Below, piece after piece: positions 27,579 to 35,311 of a stretch of DNA of 40,957 nt. How positions within the stretch are numbered: position 1 is the first letter of the stretch; each line of letters starts with the position of its first letter. The stretch covers positions 1 through 40,957 of the IMG/VR virus record IMGVR_UViG_3300032320_000902; one strand, 5' to 3'. Position numbers and translations under genes: made by a program. The DNA comes from a virus. Taxonomy: Duplodnaviria; Caudoviricetes. Under the pieces are notes generated by a model, which did not search any database, was not told where the DNA came from, and saw only the letters and a list, made by a program, of their open reading frames with translations.

Positions 27579-27753
27579 TTTCACTCTCCGAATATTTAAC
27601 CCAAACTTCTTTGGGCATTTCAATTGTCATCACACGATAGTTGCATAAAGAACATACCCTGCGCCGCTCGACCCAATCAAAATTTCTAGCAGGGTCTTTC
27701 CACTGCCGGGTATCTTTAGTTCTCATCGATTCAAAGCACTCTGGGCACTTCAT
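27571..27753 (-). CDS. NrdR-N-like zinc-ribbon protein
   Basis: MKCPEC..TKDTR..RRRVCSLCNYRVMTIE resembles the NrdR N-terminal ribbon; no ATP-cone domain. Confidence 0.7.
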   Translation of the reverse strand: MKCPECFESMRTKDTRQWKDPARNFDWVERRRVCSLCNYRVMTIEMPKEVWVKYSESENE

Positions 27754-27983
27754 AGGTACACGTGCGAGATCCAGTCATTTTCTGGGTTCTGCGCATACAT
27801 CATTTCGTGTCGCACCTTGGCGCCCATCAGTTGCAGTTGCTGCAAAGTCTTGGTCTTAACTCCGCCGTAGGTCACCCACTCTTTAGGGTTCTTCACATGC
27901 GGCACATACATCTCGACCCCGTGCATAAAGCACGGTTGCAATGTCACCGCGATCTCGGGCGTAGCTTTGGATTTAACTTTCAT
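27750..27983 (-). CDS. Hypothetical protein
   Basis: GAGGA SD before ATG 27983; ATGA overlap downstream. Confidence 0.6.
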   Translation of the reverse strand: MKVKSKATPEIAVTLQPCFMHGVEMYVPHVKNPKEWVTYGGVKTKTLQQLQLMGAKVRHEMMYAQNPENDWISHVYL

Positions 27984-27990
27984 ACGGTCC

Positions 27991-28662
27991 TCAGTGTTTA
28001 GGGTTAAATTCACAAGACGTAACAACACACCACGGGCAGAGCGGCGTCTGCCGTGGATTCCACACATCGTTCTCAAACGCAGCCTCAAGACGAGCAACCC
28101 GCTCGCGGTACGCCCACCATTCCTTCTCAGCTTCGTTACGCTCCATCGACATGGTGACCATGTCGTTTTTGACCACAAACAACAGCGCCGACTTCACTTG
28201 GCGGATATGCGGGAAGTGAATGAATGTCATGAGCGACATCAGCTTTAGCTGGTCAGTGTCTGGGTAGCGGTTGTTTCCGGTCTTGTAGTCAGCCACCCAC
28301 GCAGTCAGGTCGTCATCGTCCACAATCAAAAGGTCCGCGATCCCGCGTGCCCACATATTGTCCGCAGCCCATGCGCAGGGTTTGAGGTCGCTAGTCACCG
28401 CCATCTGGTACTCGGTCAGCTTGCGCCCATTCTTTGATATCAGCGCATCGAGCACAGGCTGAACAAACTCAAAGTGCGCCGGCAACGGCGTGCCGTGCGC
28501 TACATAATGCTCAGCGGCTGTGTGTAGTTCCTTGCCGTACAGCGTTGCCTGCGTGTCCGTGAACGGGTAGTTCTTGAGTACCTTGACCTCATGGTAGCGG
28601 CGCGCGCAGCCCTCGAAATCTTTGAGGCTGGAGTGGCTCCACGTAACTTTCTTCTCAATCAT
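27991..28662 (-). CDS. PD-(D/E)XK (RecB/Cas4-like) exonuclease
   Basis: WSHSSL..C, GKELH, RGIADLL, ADYKTG, QLKLM, C-terminal LCPWC...C. Confidence 0.85.
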   Translation of the reverse strand: MIEKKVTWSHSSLKDFEGCARRYHEVKVLKNYPFTDTQATLYGKELHTAAEHYVAHGTPLPAHFEFVQPVLDALISKNGRKLTEYQMAVTSDLKPCAWAADNMWARGIADLLIVDDDDLTAWVADYKTGNNRYPDTDQLKLMSLMTFIHFPHIRQVKSALLFVVKNDMVTMSMERNEAEKEWWAYRERVARLEAAFENDVWNPRQTPLCPWCVVTSCEFNPKH

Positions 28663-30614
28663 TGCTTGGCATCCCCGTAACGTAAGTTCGTACCGCCATC
28701 AGCAGCCAGAGGTATCCCCGGCATGTAAGACGGCTCCATTGTCATCTGCTCAATCACCCAGTCGAGTGCCTCTTGAGCTTCATCCTCGGGCGCCAGCGCG
28801 ATCAGTTCGTCATGCACAGTCCCCACCACAGGGTAGCGTCTAGATACGCGCAGCATGCCGTCTGTCATGATTACTCTGGCTAAGCCCTGCACGCAGTTGT
28901 TGACCACGCGGCCAAAAAATAATTTGGTGGCGTCTTTACCGTACACCCAGTTACCATCTACATCCTTGCGCAGGTTGGGGTAGCGGATCTTCATGCCGTT
29001 GGGTAGCTCGATCTCGCCCTTGCGAAAGGTCAAGCATTTGTGTGTGTATTCATTGCCCTCTACCAACGAGTCCACCAACAGCCTCGTACACAGCGTCCAG
29101 AAGCCCACCACGGGGTAAGCTGTAGCACGGTATGTATCAATGATCTTCTTGGCTGCTACGGCGTGTATGAGCAGCTCTTCGTCGGTGCATGTGTGGGGTA
29201 TCTGAAACAGGCGCTCTTCGTTTTCTTTGCGTGACAGGAAGCGCTCAACATAAGAACGATTCACCCCTAGTTGCTTGGCAAACTCTTTGTCATACCGGAT
29301 CGGCGGCGCTCCGAGAAACCCAACAAGTAACTGCGACGCGAACGAGGACCAACCAAGCGAAAAACCTGCGCCTAGTAAGGCCGATTTTGCACTTTGGCGA
29401 AGCGACGGGTGACTTTCCTTCGTCATGCCGGGTATGTTGAACATCTGCGCACCAAATTGTGCGTATGGGTCTGCACCAGAGCGGAAAATGTCCAGCATAT
29501 CTTCGTAGTCTGAGAGCCAAGCGAGCACGCGCGGCTCGATCTGTGACAGGTCACCTACTACTATCGTGTAGCCCATCGGCGCTAGTATCGCCTTGCGTAG
29601 GAAACTCCCACGCTTTAAGTTCTGCATGTTGATCGCACTGCCCTTGGATGCCGTCCAGCGCCCCGTAGTGGCCCCGTAATAGCTCAGCGGTACAGGCAGA
29701 GGCCCACGCTTACTGATGTCGAGAAACCGCTGCGCACGTGTGCGCTCGGTCGTGCTCTTTACTTTCAGCCTAGCCTCGCATAGCAGCGCGGCTGCTTCGT
29801 TCTCGCCGTTCATGATCGCTTGGAACATAGCGTCGTTCTTGGCTAAGGCGAGCGTCTCTTCGCCCGTGGTCTTGCTGGTCTTTTTAGGCGCGGGTACCCC
29901 AACAGCTTCGAGTAGTTGGGCAAACTTCGGGTTTGATGCCAGATCAGCGTCTGTGATTCCTAGATTGGTTAGCAGTGCTTCGCGCTGTGTGCGCTCCTCC
30001 TCGATAGCCTTGGTCAGCATCGTGCCGTCGAGAATTAAGCGCGGCTGTGTGTACATCTTCAGCGTCAGATCAATCAGGCGTAGCTCTTTAGCGGGATAGC
30101 CTTGGGATAGCCGGTGAAATATTTCCTCGCACAGCATCACATCATGCGCGCAGTACTCAGCTAGCTCTGCCTCGATCTCAGGCGTTAGTTCCTCAAGTCC
30201 GTCTGTGTTGTGTACCGCGTTGCCCTTGGGTGGCAGATCGAATTCTTGAGCTAGCAGTGCTAGTGAGTTTCCTGCCTCGGTGCCGCGCAGTGCGCGGGCC
30301 ATGCTGAGCGTGTCCAGAATAAAACATGGGTGACAGTCGTACTTCCATGCGAGTATTGATACGTCGAACTGGGCGTTGTGCGCAAGGATTGCTGTCTGGG
30401 TCCAGTCGTACTGCATGAGCGCGTCATGCAAGTCTTCTCCGTTGTACCAGCGTGGGGGTTCGTCCGATCCATACTCATGCAGGCATGCACCGAAAGCTTT
30501 GAACCTTGGGTCGCGAATGTACTCTTCGGTGGTCATCTTAGATAGCGTGTAGTCTGCTTTGGACCAGCGCGTTTCTAGATCCAGCGTTAAAATCTTGTTA
30601 AATGGCGCACTCAT
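28659..30614 (-). CDS. polA: DNA polymerase family A with 3'-5' exonuclease domain
   Basis: DLET, AHNAQFD, YCAHD exonuclease motifs; TGRW; motif A DLSQIEPR; motif B RQSAKSALLGAGF; motif C TVHDE; ATGA overlap gives start 30614. Confidence 0.93.
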   Translation of the reverse strand: MSAPFNKILTLDLETRWSKADYTLSKMTTEEYIRDPRFKAFGACLHEYGSDEPPRWYNGEDLHDALMQYDWTQTAILAHNAQFDVSILAWKYDCHPCFILDTLSMARALRGTEAGNSLALLAQEFDLPPKGNAVHNTDGLEELTPEIEAELAEYCAHDVMLCEEIFHRLSQGYPAKELRLIDLTLKMYTQPRLILDGTMLTKAIEEERTQREALLTNLGITDADLASNPKFAQLLEAVGVPAPKKTSKTTGEETLALAKNDAMFQAIMNGENEAAALLCEARLKVKSTTERTRAQRFLDISKRGPLPVPLSYYGATTGRWTASKGSAINMQNLKRGSFLRKAILAPMGYTIVVGDLSQIEPRVLAWLSDYEDMLDIFRSGADPYAQFGAQMFNIPGMTKESHPSLRQSAKSALLGAGFSLGWSSFASQLLVGFLGAPPIRYDKEFAKQLGVNRSYVERFLSRKENEERLFQIPHTCTDEELLIHAVAAKKIIDTYRATAYPVVGFWTLCTRLLVDSLVEGNEYTHKCLTFRKGEIELPNGMKIRYPNLRKDVDGNWVYGKDATKLFFGRVVNNCVQGLARVIMTDGMLRVSRRYPVVGTVHDELIALAPEDEAQEALDWVIEQMTMEPSYMPGIPLAADGGTNLRYGDAKQ

Positions 30615-31081
30615 AGTTTTTCTCCCATGTGTTGTTTGATTATTTGCGCAGCCAAATGCGGAACCTTGTACCGGGTAGGGTTGCCGCGCAGATCTCTGCG
30701 CATTATCCAAAGGTAATGCAGGGCTGTGGCAGGCGCTACAGCTAGTTTTTCAGCCAACGCCCAGTGCCGTGTTGATGCGTACGGTCGGTTGCGAGACTGC
30801 TCTTTTCGTGTCGCCCACACACAGTTGCTCGGCGTATAGTTCAGGTCCACATTTTTCCGCTCAAGGGTGTGTTCTGCTGTTGGTTTGCGGCCCATGTCCG
30901 CTAAAAAGTTTTCAAACTTTTCCCAAGACTCGCAAACAACAATCCCTCGGCCACCGTAGTAAGCATAATCTTGCGCTTTTGGATTGCGACACCTATTTCG
31001 CATCATCTGCCAAGACCTGTATTCGGGTGATGCCACCCTTTTACCGTCAATGAGCCGGGTTTCTCCGTGAGTTCTGGGCAT
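30611..31081 (-). CDS. HNH-type free-standing homing endonuclease
   Basis: YRSWQMMRNRC..YGGRGIVVCESW..FLADMG..TLERKNVDLNYTPSNCVWAT..Q..N. Confidence 0.8.
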   Translation of the reverse strand: MPRTHGETRLIDGKRVASPEYRSWQMMRNRCRNPKAQDYAYYGGRGIVVCESWEKFENFLADMGRKPTAEHTLERKNVDLNYTPSNCVWATRKEQSRNRPYASTRHWALAEKLAVAPATALHYLWIMRRDLRGNPTRYKVPHLAAQIIKQHMGEKL

Positions 31082-31110
31082 AAGGATTTACCAGTTAGTT
31101 GGAAAATCAC

Positions 31111-31119
31111 ACTATAACA
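31111..31119 (-). promoter_or_regulatory. Extended -10 promoter (TGtTATAGT) upstream of the HNH gene
   Basis: TGnTAnnnT match in a 54-bp intergenic gap, about 30 nt upstream of the ATG. Confidence 0.5.
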
Positions 31120-31135
31120 CAATGGTCATTGGGTG

Positions 31136-31396
31136 TTAGTTCCACATCTCTTTTGGTGGGGCGTCTGCCGTGGCTCTATCAATCAGGTCTTGCATCAGCG
31201 CGTTGGCACTGTGTACTAGGTTGCACACTACGTCTGGCCCCGCGTTAAATGTTAAGACCGTCAGGTACTTCTCATCCTCGTGCGAGTAAAGAAACAACCC
31301 GCGACCCTTGGCGTCTTCCTCCATACATTTCTCGACGCAGGCACTTAGCTCTAAAAGCCGCTTCTCTTTGAGTTGCTTTACTTCTTTGTCGTCCAT
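31136..31396 (-). CDS. Hypothetical protein
   Basis: AGGAG SD; overlaps the VRR-NUC gene end. Confidence 0.65.
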   Translation of the reverse strand: MDDKEVKQLKEKRLLELSACVEKCMEEDAKGRGLFLYSHEDEKYLTVLTFNAGPDVVCNLVHSANALMQDLIDRATADAPPKEMWN

Positions 31397-31677
31397 TCCA
31401 ATAGCTCCTGTAGTACGTGTAGGTTGTCTTCGTTGATCACGAGCGCATAGCCGCCCGCGTCAAATATCCGCTCGATGTTGTGCTGCTGCAACGCAGTCGG
31501 TTTGTTCGTTCCTGCCTTGGCCTCGATGCCGATGAAGCGCCCGTTACAGCAAACAAGGAAGTCCGGCACGCCCGAGTTCCCATACCCGGTCCCGATGGGC
31601 ATCGCGTAGTAAGCTTCAAACTCATCGAGGATGGCGCGGATCTTTTTCTTGACCAGCACTTCTGGTTTTATTCCCAT
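31378..31677 (-). CDS. VRR-NUC domain nuclease (likely Holliday junction resolvase)
   Basis: PE..VK..I, GVPDFLVC, FIGIEAKA, PTALQ, AGGYALVINE. Confidence 0.85.
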   Translation of the reverse strand: MGIKPEVLVKKKIRAILDEFEAYYAMPIGTGYGNSGVPDFLVCCNGRFIGIEAKAGTNKPTALQQHNIERIFDAGGYALVINEDNLHVLQELLEWTTKK

Positions 31678-31681
31678 TTGG

Positions 31682-31850
31682 GTATAGCCTGTGTGTTAGG
31701 TGAGGGGGGTATGTATATTCCGCGCCCCCTCTGTTCGCGGTGTGGGAGTGTGGGTAAGGTTCGAAATTCCATAGCCGGCAACCCTACCCACGACGGGACA
31801 CACTAGATATACAAGCCGCGTGTGAGCACCGCCCGATATGCACGCCGGCC
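31682..31850 (-). ncRNA. Candidate structured RNA (multi-stem) between the DUF3310 and VRR-NUC genes
   Basis: Four stems visible; apparent mismatches resolve as G-U pairs on the - strand only. Confidence 0.45.
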
Positions 31851-32155
31851 TAGTTCTGTTCGGGTTTCTGGTTCTCTGACAGGTCTTCCAACCTGTCGAT
31901 CTCGCGCTGGAGGTAGTAGCGTGCCTTGCGTAGGTCTTCCAACGGCTTGCCCTTGTGGTCAGCGCGGGCTATGTACTTACCTACCTGCCATAGCAGCGGG
32001 TTCTTGGGGAACCAGTCTTGTAGTACCTCGATGACCTCAAAATATCCGAACGTGTAGTGCGCCGGCTTGTTGACTGGGTCGTTCATCTGTGGCTTGGCTG
32101 GCGTTGGTTGCATGATGGCCGTCTTGAGGGCCTCACCTGTGTGTGCGTAGATCAT
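31850..32155 (-). CDS. DUF3310 protein (T7 gp1.7 nucleotide kinase-like family)
   Basis: DPVNKPAHYT..EVIE..KYIARADHKG..EDLRKARYYL. Confidence 0.85.
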   Translation of the reverse strand: MIYAHTGEALKTAIMQPTPAKPQMNDPVNKPAHYTFGYFEVIEVLQDWFPKNPLLWQVGKYIARADHKGKPLEDLRKARYYLQREIDRLEDLSENQKPEQN

Positions 32156-32526
32156 TGGAACATCTCGTTGAGTTTGTGCCGCAGGATGGCGGCGGTCTGT
32201 ATGTTTAGCGTTGAGAGGATCGTGTCGACGGCCTGTTCGGGCGTCTGCGGTGGGGTATGTTGCGGTAGGTCAACAGCGTTGCGTCTTCTTGGGGGTACGT
32301 ACTCCTTAGTTATGGCGTACAACCTATTGTCCGTTGAGAGGCTCACTTGGTGAGCTTCGCGCAGATCGCGTACAAAATTTGTTACTTCTACCTTAGCCAA
32401 ACACACACTGTTGGCATCTGCGCCGGGGCGATCATAATAAAACGCTTCCTGTACTGAGCGAAGCGTAGCCCCTTGGTTGGCTAGAATGTAGTCGAACACA
32501 TGCTCTCTGTAGGTCTTGCGTGCCAT
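32152..32526 (-). CDS. Hypothetical protein, possibly winged-helix
   Basis: VFDYILANQGATLRSV..NFVRDLREAHQV; follows a sigma70 promoter. Confidence 0.6.
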   Translation of the reverse strand: MARKTYREHVFDYILANQGATLRSVQEAFYYDRPGADANSVCLAKVEVTNFVRDLREAHQVSLSTDNRLYAITKEYVPPRRRNAVDLPQHTPPQTPEQAVDTILSTLNIQTAAILRHKLNEMFQ

Positions 32527-32557
32527 CGGGTACCCTTGTTTGGTTGATTGAGACTCT

Positions 32558-32587
32558 AGGTTACTGGGGGTTTTGAAGAAGTGTCAA
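32558..32587 (-). promoter_or_regulatory. sigma70 promoter TTGACA-N18-TAACCT for the PolA operon
   Basis: Perfect -35 and a 4/6 -10 in an intergenic gap. Confidence 0.6.
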
Positions 32588-32592
32588 GCGTT

Positions 32593-33306
32593 TTACAAAA
32601 ATATTGGTGATCTTGGTGGTTTTGTGATGGACGGCACGATGTTGGTCCACAGTTTGGCTACGTCTGAGCGCTCGGGTTCGGGCCACTGGAGCGGGTTCTC
32701 GTCGGGTGCGAGCGTCTCTTTAAGGAACTCACGGGTCTTCAGCCTATCTACCATGCCGTGCAGCATTGAGATGGCTGCGTCGCAGAACACGATTGTGTTG
32801 GGGTCTCCGATCTTCGTAGCGTAGCGCCGCTGTCGCTTGGTCAGGTCTATCTCGTGTCTAAGATAAGACAGCCAGTCATTCCATGCCTGTGTACTTGGGC
32901 GCTCCCATCGCTTCTTCGAGGCTTCGCTGCACGCCTTGGATTTGCGTTTGACTTTCTGTTCGATGAGTCGTTGAGCGTGTCCCTTGCTGATGTCCCCTGT
33001 CTCGACTAGGTTGTTTAGCTCGGCAGTGGTTTGCTTTGACAGTTTACGCTCGGCTGGGTGCCGACAGTCTTTGCAGTACTTGGAGTGGAAACGGATGGGG
33101 TGGGCGCCAGAGTAACCTCTGGCGATAGCTTGGTTGCGCGAAATTAGATAGTGGAAGAGGTGCGGGGGGAGGATTCTGTTGCATTTTGGGCAGTGAACTG
33201 CGTGTTTTAGGGGGGATTTTTCCATAAATGTCCGGCCTTGTTCGAATTCTCCAAGTATGTCTTTGGGCATGGACGCTGTCAACCCCTTGTGCTGCTTATG
33301 TTTCAA
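32593..33306 (-). CDS. Basic zinc-finger hypothetical protein (start uncertain)
   Basis: CPKC...YCKDC; long open frame adjacent to the origin-like region. Confidence 0.6.
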   Translation of the reverse strand: MKHKQHKGLTASMPKDILGEFEQGRTFMEKSPLKHAVHCPKCNRILPPHLFHYLISRNQAIARGYSGAHPIRFHSKYCKDCRHPAERKLSKQTTAELNNLVETGDISKGHAQRLIEQKVKRKSKACSEASKKRWERPSTQAWNDWLSYLRHEIDLTKRQRRYATKIGDPNTIVFCDAAISMLHGMVDRLKTREFLKETLAPDENPLQWPEPERSDVAKLWTNIVPSITKPPRSPIFL

Positions 33307-33502
33307 GGTTCAAGGCCGGTAGATACCTACGAAAATCGCGCGGATGAAAAAGGGAAGAAGGGAAAGAGCGGCAGCGTCCGGGCGTCCACGTAGGTGTATT
33401 AATATATAAGATATAGATATAGATATATATGTAGGTATTCGCCGGACTTTGACATTGGGCGCTAGGATTGACGCGGGTTACAGAGCGTCCGGGGGTGCGG
33501 AC
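33270..33502. other. Candidate replication origin: AT-rich (AGATAT)n tract flanked by AGCGTCC repeats
   Basis: AT-rich tract at about 33397-33431; AGCGTCCGGG at 33373 and 33484; inverted GGACGCT at 33271. Confidence 0.45.
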
Positions 33503-33563
33503 AAATCGGGATAAATTTAGACTGTTGTAAAAAAACAACATTTTGTCTAGTCTTTTACAGCTT

Positions 33564-33713
33564 AACGCGCCTGCAACCCCGACGGTCGCACTTCACCGGC
33601 AATTATTGCCGGTCAGCCTAACGCATCCGCTTCGCGGATGGCCCACATAAACGGCAACGCGCCTGCAACCCCGACGGCCCATGATCGAACGCGCCTGCAA
33701 CCCCCACGGTCGC
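33564..33713. repeat. Three copies of a ~26-bp repeat AACGCGCCTGCAACCCC(G/C)ACGG(T/C)C
   Basis: Copies start at 33564, 33656 and 33688, interspersed with hairpins. Confidence 0.9.
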
Positions 33714-33750
33714 CCCTATGGGGCGGCAAGTATTGCCGATGCGACAGGCA

Positions 33751-33772
33751 CAAAAAAAGCCCCCGAAGGGGC
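33751..33772 (-). terminator. Rho-independent terminator of the putative early operon
   Basis: GCCCC-TTC-GGGGC followed by T7 on the - strand, about 40 nt after the stop at 33812. Confidence 0.85.
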
Positions 33773-33811
33773 GATGGGGGAGCGGCCCCCGTAGGGGCCG
33801 GCACTGGTGCG

Positions 33812-33973
33812 CTACAGGTACCCTAGGTGGATACCCTTTTCGTCGCGAACCTCGACCACGTAGGCGATGCGCGCCGTAGGCGCGCGGACTACCCGGTAAC
33901 TCCACTCGGTGTCGTCGGCTTGAAGTTTGGCCGCTAGGGTAGCGGCTTGGGCGTGGGTGGGGTGAAGCTTCAT
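33812..33973 (-). CDS. 53-aa hypothetical protein; not in ORF track
   Basis: MKLHPTHAQAATLAAKLQADDTEWSYRVV..VEVRDEKGIHLGYL; ATGA overlap; ends just before the terminator. Confidence 0.65.
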   Translation of the reverse strand: MKLHPTHAQAATLAAKLQADDTEWSYRVVRAPTARIAYVVEVRDEKGIHLGYL

Positions 33974-34251
33974 TGTGCGACCTTGTCTTCAGCGTAGGCG
34001 GATTCGATACGCTCGCCTGTGTGGTCGCAATAAAGGTCCGGGTCTTCCCAGTTGATATCGCATGCGACGACCTGCCATCCGCTGTGGTTGTCATTGGTTC
34101 GGATAGCTAAACGTATCTGCCATCGTTGCTCGTGGGCGGTTTTAAACGCGACGGCGGCGCCGTCTGCCGTGATGAAGTACCGGGGGTATCCTCCCGGCCA
34201 AGCGTAGGGTTCTTTGAGGTCTGCGGCGAATTGATCGGCGGTGTATTTCAT
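33970..34251 (-). CDS. Hypothetical phage protein (YAWPGGYP family)
   Basis: YAWPGGYPRYF..DINWED..LYCDHTGERIESAY; GGGAG SD. Confidence 0.7.
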   Translation of the reverse strand: MKYTADQFAADLKEPYAWPGGYPRYFITADGAAVAFKTAHEQRWQIRLAIRTNDNHSGWQVVACDINWEDPDLYCDHTGERIESAYAEDKVAQ

Positions 34252-34254
34252 GGC

Positions 34255-34983
34255 CTAGGCTCCCGTAAAATGACGCGACTGCGTCCCATGGACGATGATG
34301 GCGGGCGATGCCCGTTTGGTGTTCTGTCCGGCGCCGTCGCATGCTGCGCAGTCAATGCATTGCAAGCGTTTCCCTGCTTCGTCGGATGCAGGACACTCGA
34401 ATTCCCCAGCGACTAGCGGGTCGTTCGTTTCCAGTCTGATCCGGAAGGTTCTCCATCCGCCCGCGCGGGCGTCCAATAACTCCGATGGATTGTCCACGCT
34501 AGCCATGCATAAGCCCGCGATATCCTGCGCGAATCCGGCGCGCCATTGGTGCGAGTAACCCGTATGGCCCGCTGCTAGTTTGAGGATCGATTGCCACACT
34601 CGGGCGCGGATCATTGCCGGGTCACCATATGCGCCGAGTCTTACCATCCGACCCGCGATAATGCGGCGCAATTGTGCGGGCGGTACCCGAGGATATAAAC
34701 CGGCTTTCAGTCTCCGGTAAACCGATCCGATCCCGAAGTGCGTCACGTAGCATGTACGTTTGCCGGTTACTGGGTCGCGACGGTGCCGGCAGTCTCCGCA
34801 GATTGAACGGTCCGCCCCATTGGCGATTGCTTCGGACGGGTGCACGTCGCTGCGCAGAATGTATGTCTGCACCATGTCCCCGGTTTTGGGATTCTCCGAG
34901 CGGACTATCGCCACGCCTACAATCGGCGCGCCGTCAATCGGCGATCTACCCTCGAAAAATACGTACCCGGTCGGGTCTTTCAT
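34255..34983 (-). CDS. Cys-rich putative Fe-S protein (GP88-like / divergent radical-SAM-like)
   Basis: NPKTG, ICGDCRHR..CYV, RLGAYGDP, GYSHQW, MASVD, CPAS..CIDCAAC..IIVHG; AGGAG SD before ATG 34983. Confidence 0.6.
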   Translation of the reverse strand: MKDPTGYVFFEGRSPIDGAPIVGVAIVRSENPKTGDMVQTYILRSDVHPSEAIANGADRSICGDCRHRRDPVTGKRTCYVTHFGIGSVYRRLKAGLYPRVPPAQLRRIIAGRMVRLGAYGDPAMIRARVWQSILKLAAGHTGYSHQWRAGFAQDIAGLCMASVDNPSELLDARAGGWRTFRIRLETNDPLVAGEFECPASDEAGKRLQCIDCAACDGAGQNTKRASPAIIVHGTQSRHFTGA

Positions 34984-35012
34984 GCTCTCGACTCCTGAAA
35001 AAATGCCAAAAT

Positions 35013-35070
35013 CGGCACAGCACAGCACCGGCTAACCCGACGCTGTGCTGTGCCGCCCGCATGCGGGCGG
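35013..35070 (-). promoter_or_regulatory. Long intergenic hairpin (14 bp perfect, extendable to 19 bp with G-U pairs) plus an adjacent 8-bp hairpin
   Basis: CGGCACAGCACAGC / GCTGTGCTGTGCCG; CCGCCCGC-AT-GCGGGCGG. Confidence 0.6.
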
Positions 35071-35077
35071 CGTAGGT

Positions 35078-35311
35078 TTACTTAAGCGCAGCCTTTAGTT
35101 CGGCCTTGATCCGTTTGGCTACCGGCCCGCGCCATGAACCCGCGTTACTCAGGAAGTACAGGACAATCCCTCGCGCGTCGTCATGGCCGAATCGGTCATG
35201 GATCGAGTGCATACCGGCGAGCGCGTTCAGGTAGGGGATAGCGGCGAAGTGCGGCTTCTTCCAGTCCGCGTTAATTTCGCGGGCGATGTCAGTCAGTGGG
35301 CGGTGCGTCAT
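35078..35311 (-). CDS. Hypothetical phage protein
   Basis: RPLTDIAREI..DWKKPHFAAIPYL..VLYFLSNA..WRG..AKRIKAELK; GGAG SD. Confidence 0.75.
   Translation of the reverse strand: MTHRPLTDIAREINADWKKPHFAAIPYLNALAGMHSIHDRFGHDDARGIVLYFLSNAGSWRGPVAKRIKAELKAALK

Noticed and set aside
28659-30614. Intron or intein in polA (also considered for the helicase and terL)
   Set aside because: All three frames are continuous, of ordinary length, and show no intein splicing motifs.
30615-30710. N-terminal extension of PolA given in the ORF track
   Set aside because: It overlaps the HNH gene; ATG 30614 has a GGGAG SD and an ATGA overlap and starts right at the exonuclease domain.
31770-31851. HDV-like ribozyme (GGCCGGC...GCCGGCU could form P1 with a G-U pair)
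   Set aside because: I could not build P3/L3 directly before the 3' P1 strand or the following GG for P1.1, and GCCGGC is a frequent palindrome here; kept only as a generic structured RNA candidate.
33296-33541. 81-aa ORF containing YIYIYIYILYI
   Set aside because: Translation artefact of the AT dinucleotide tract.
33564-33713. Possible CRISPR array from the 26-bp repeats
   Set aside because: Only three copies with very unequal spacers (about 66 and 6 bp).
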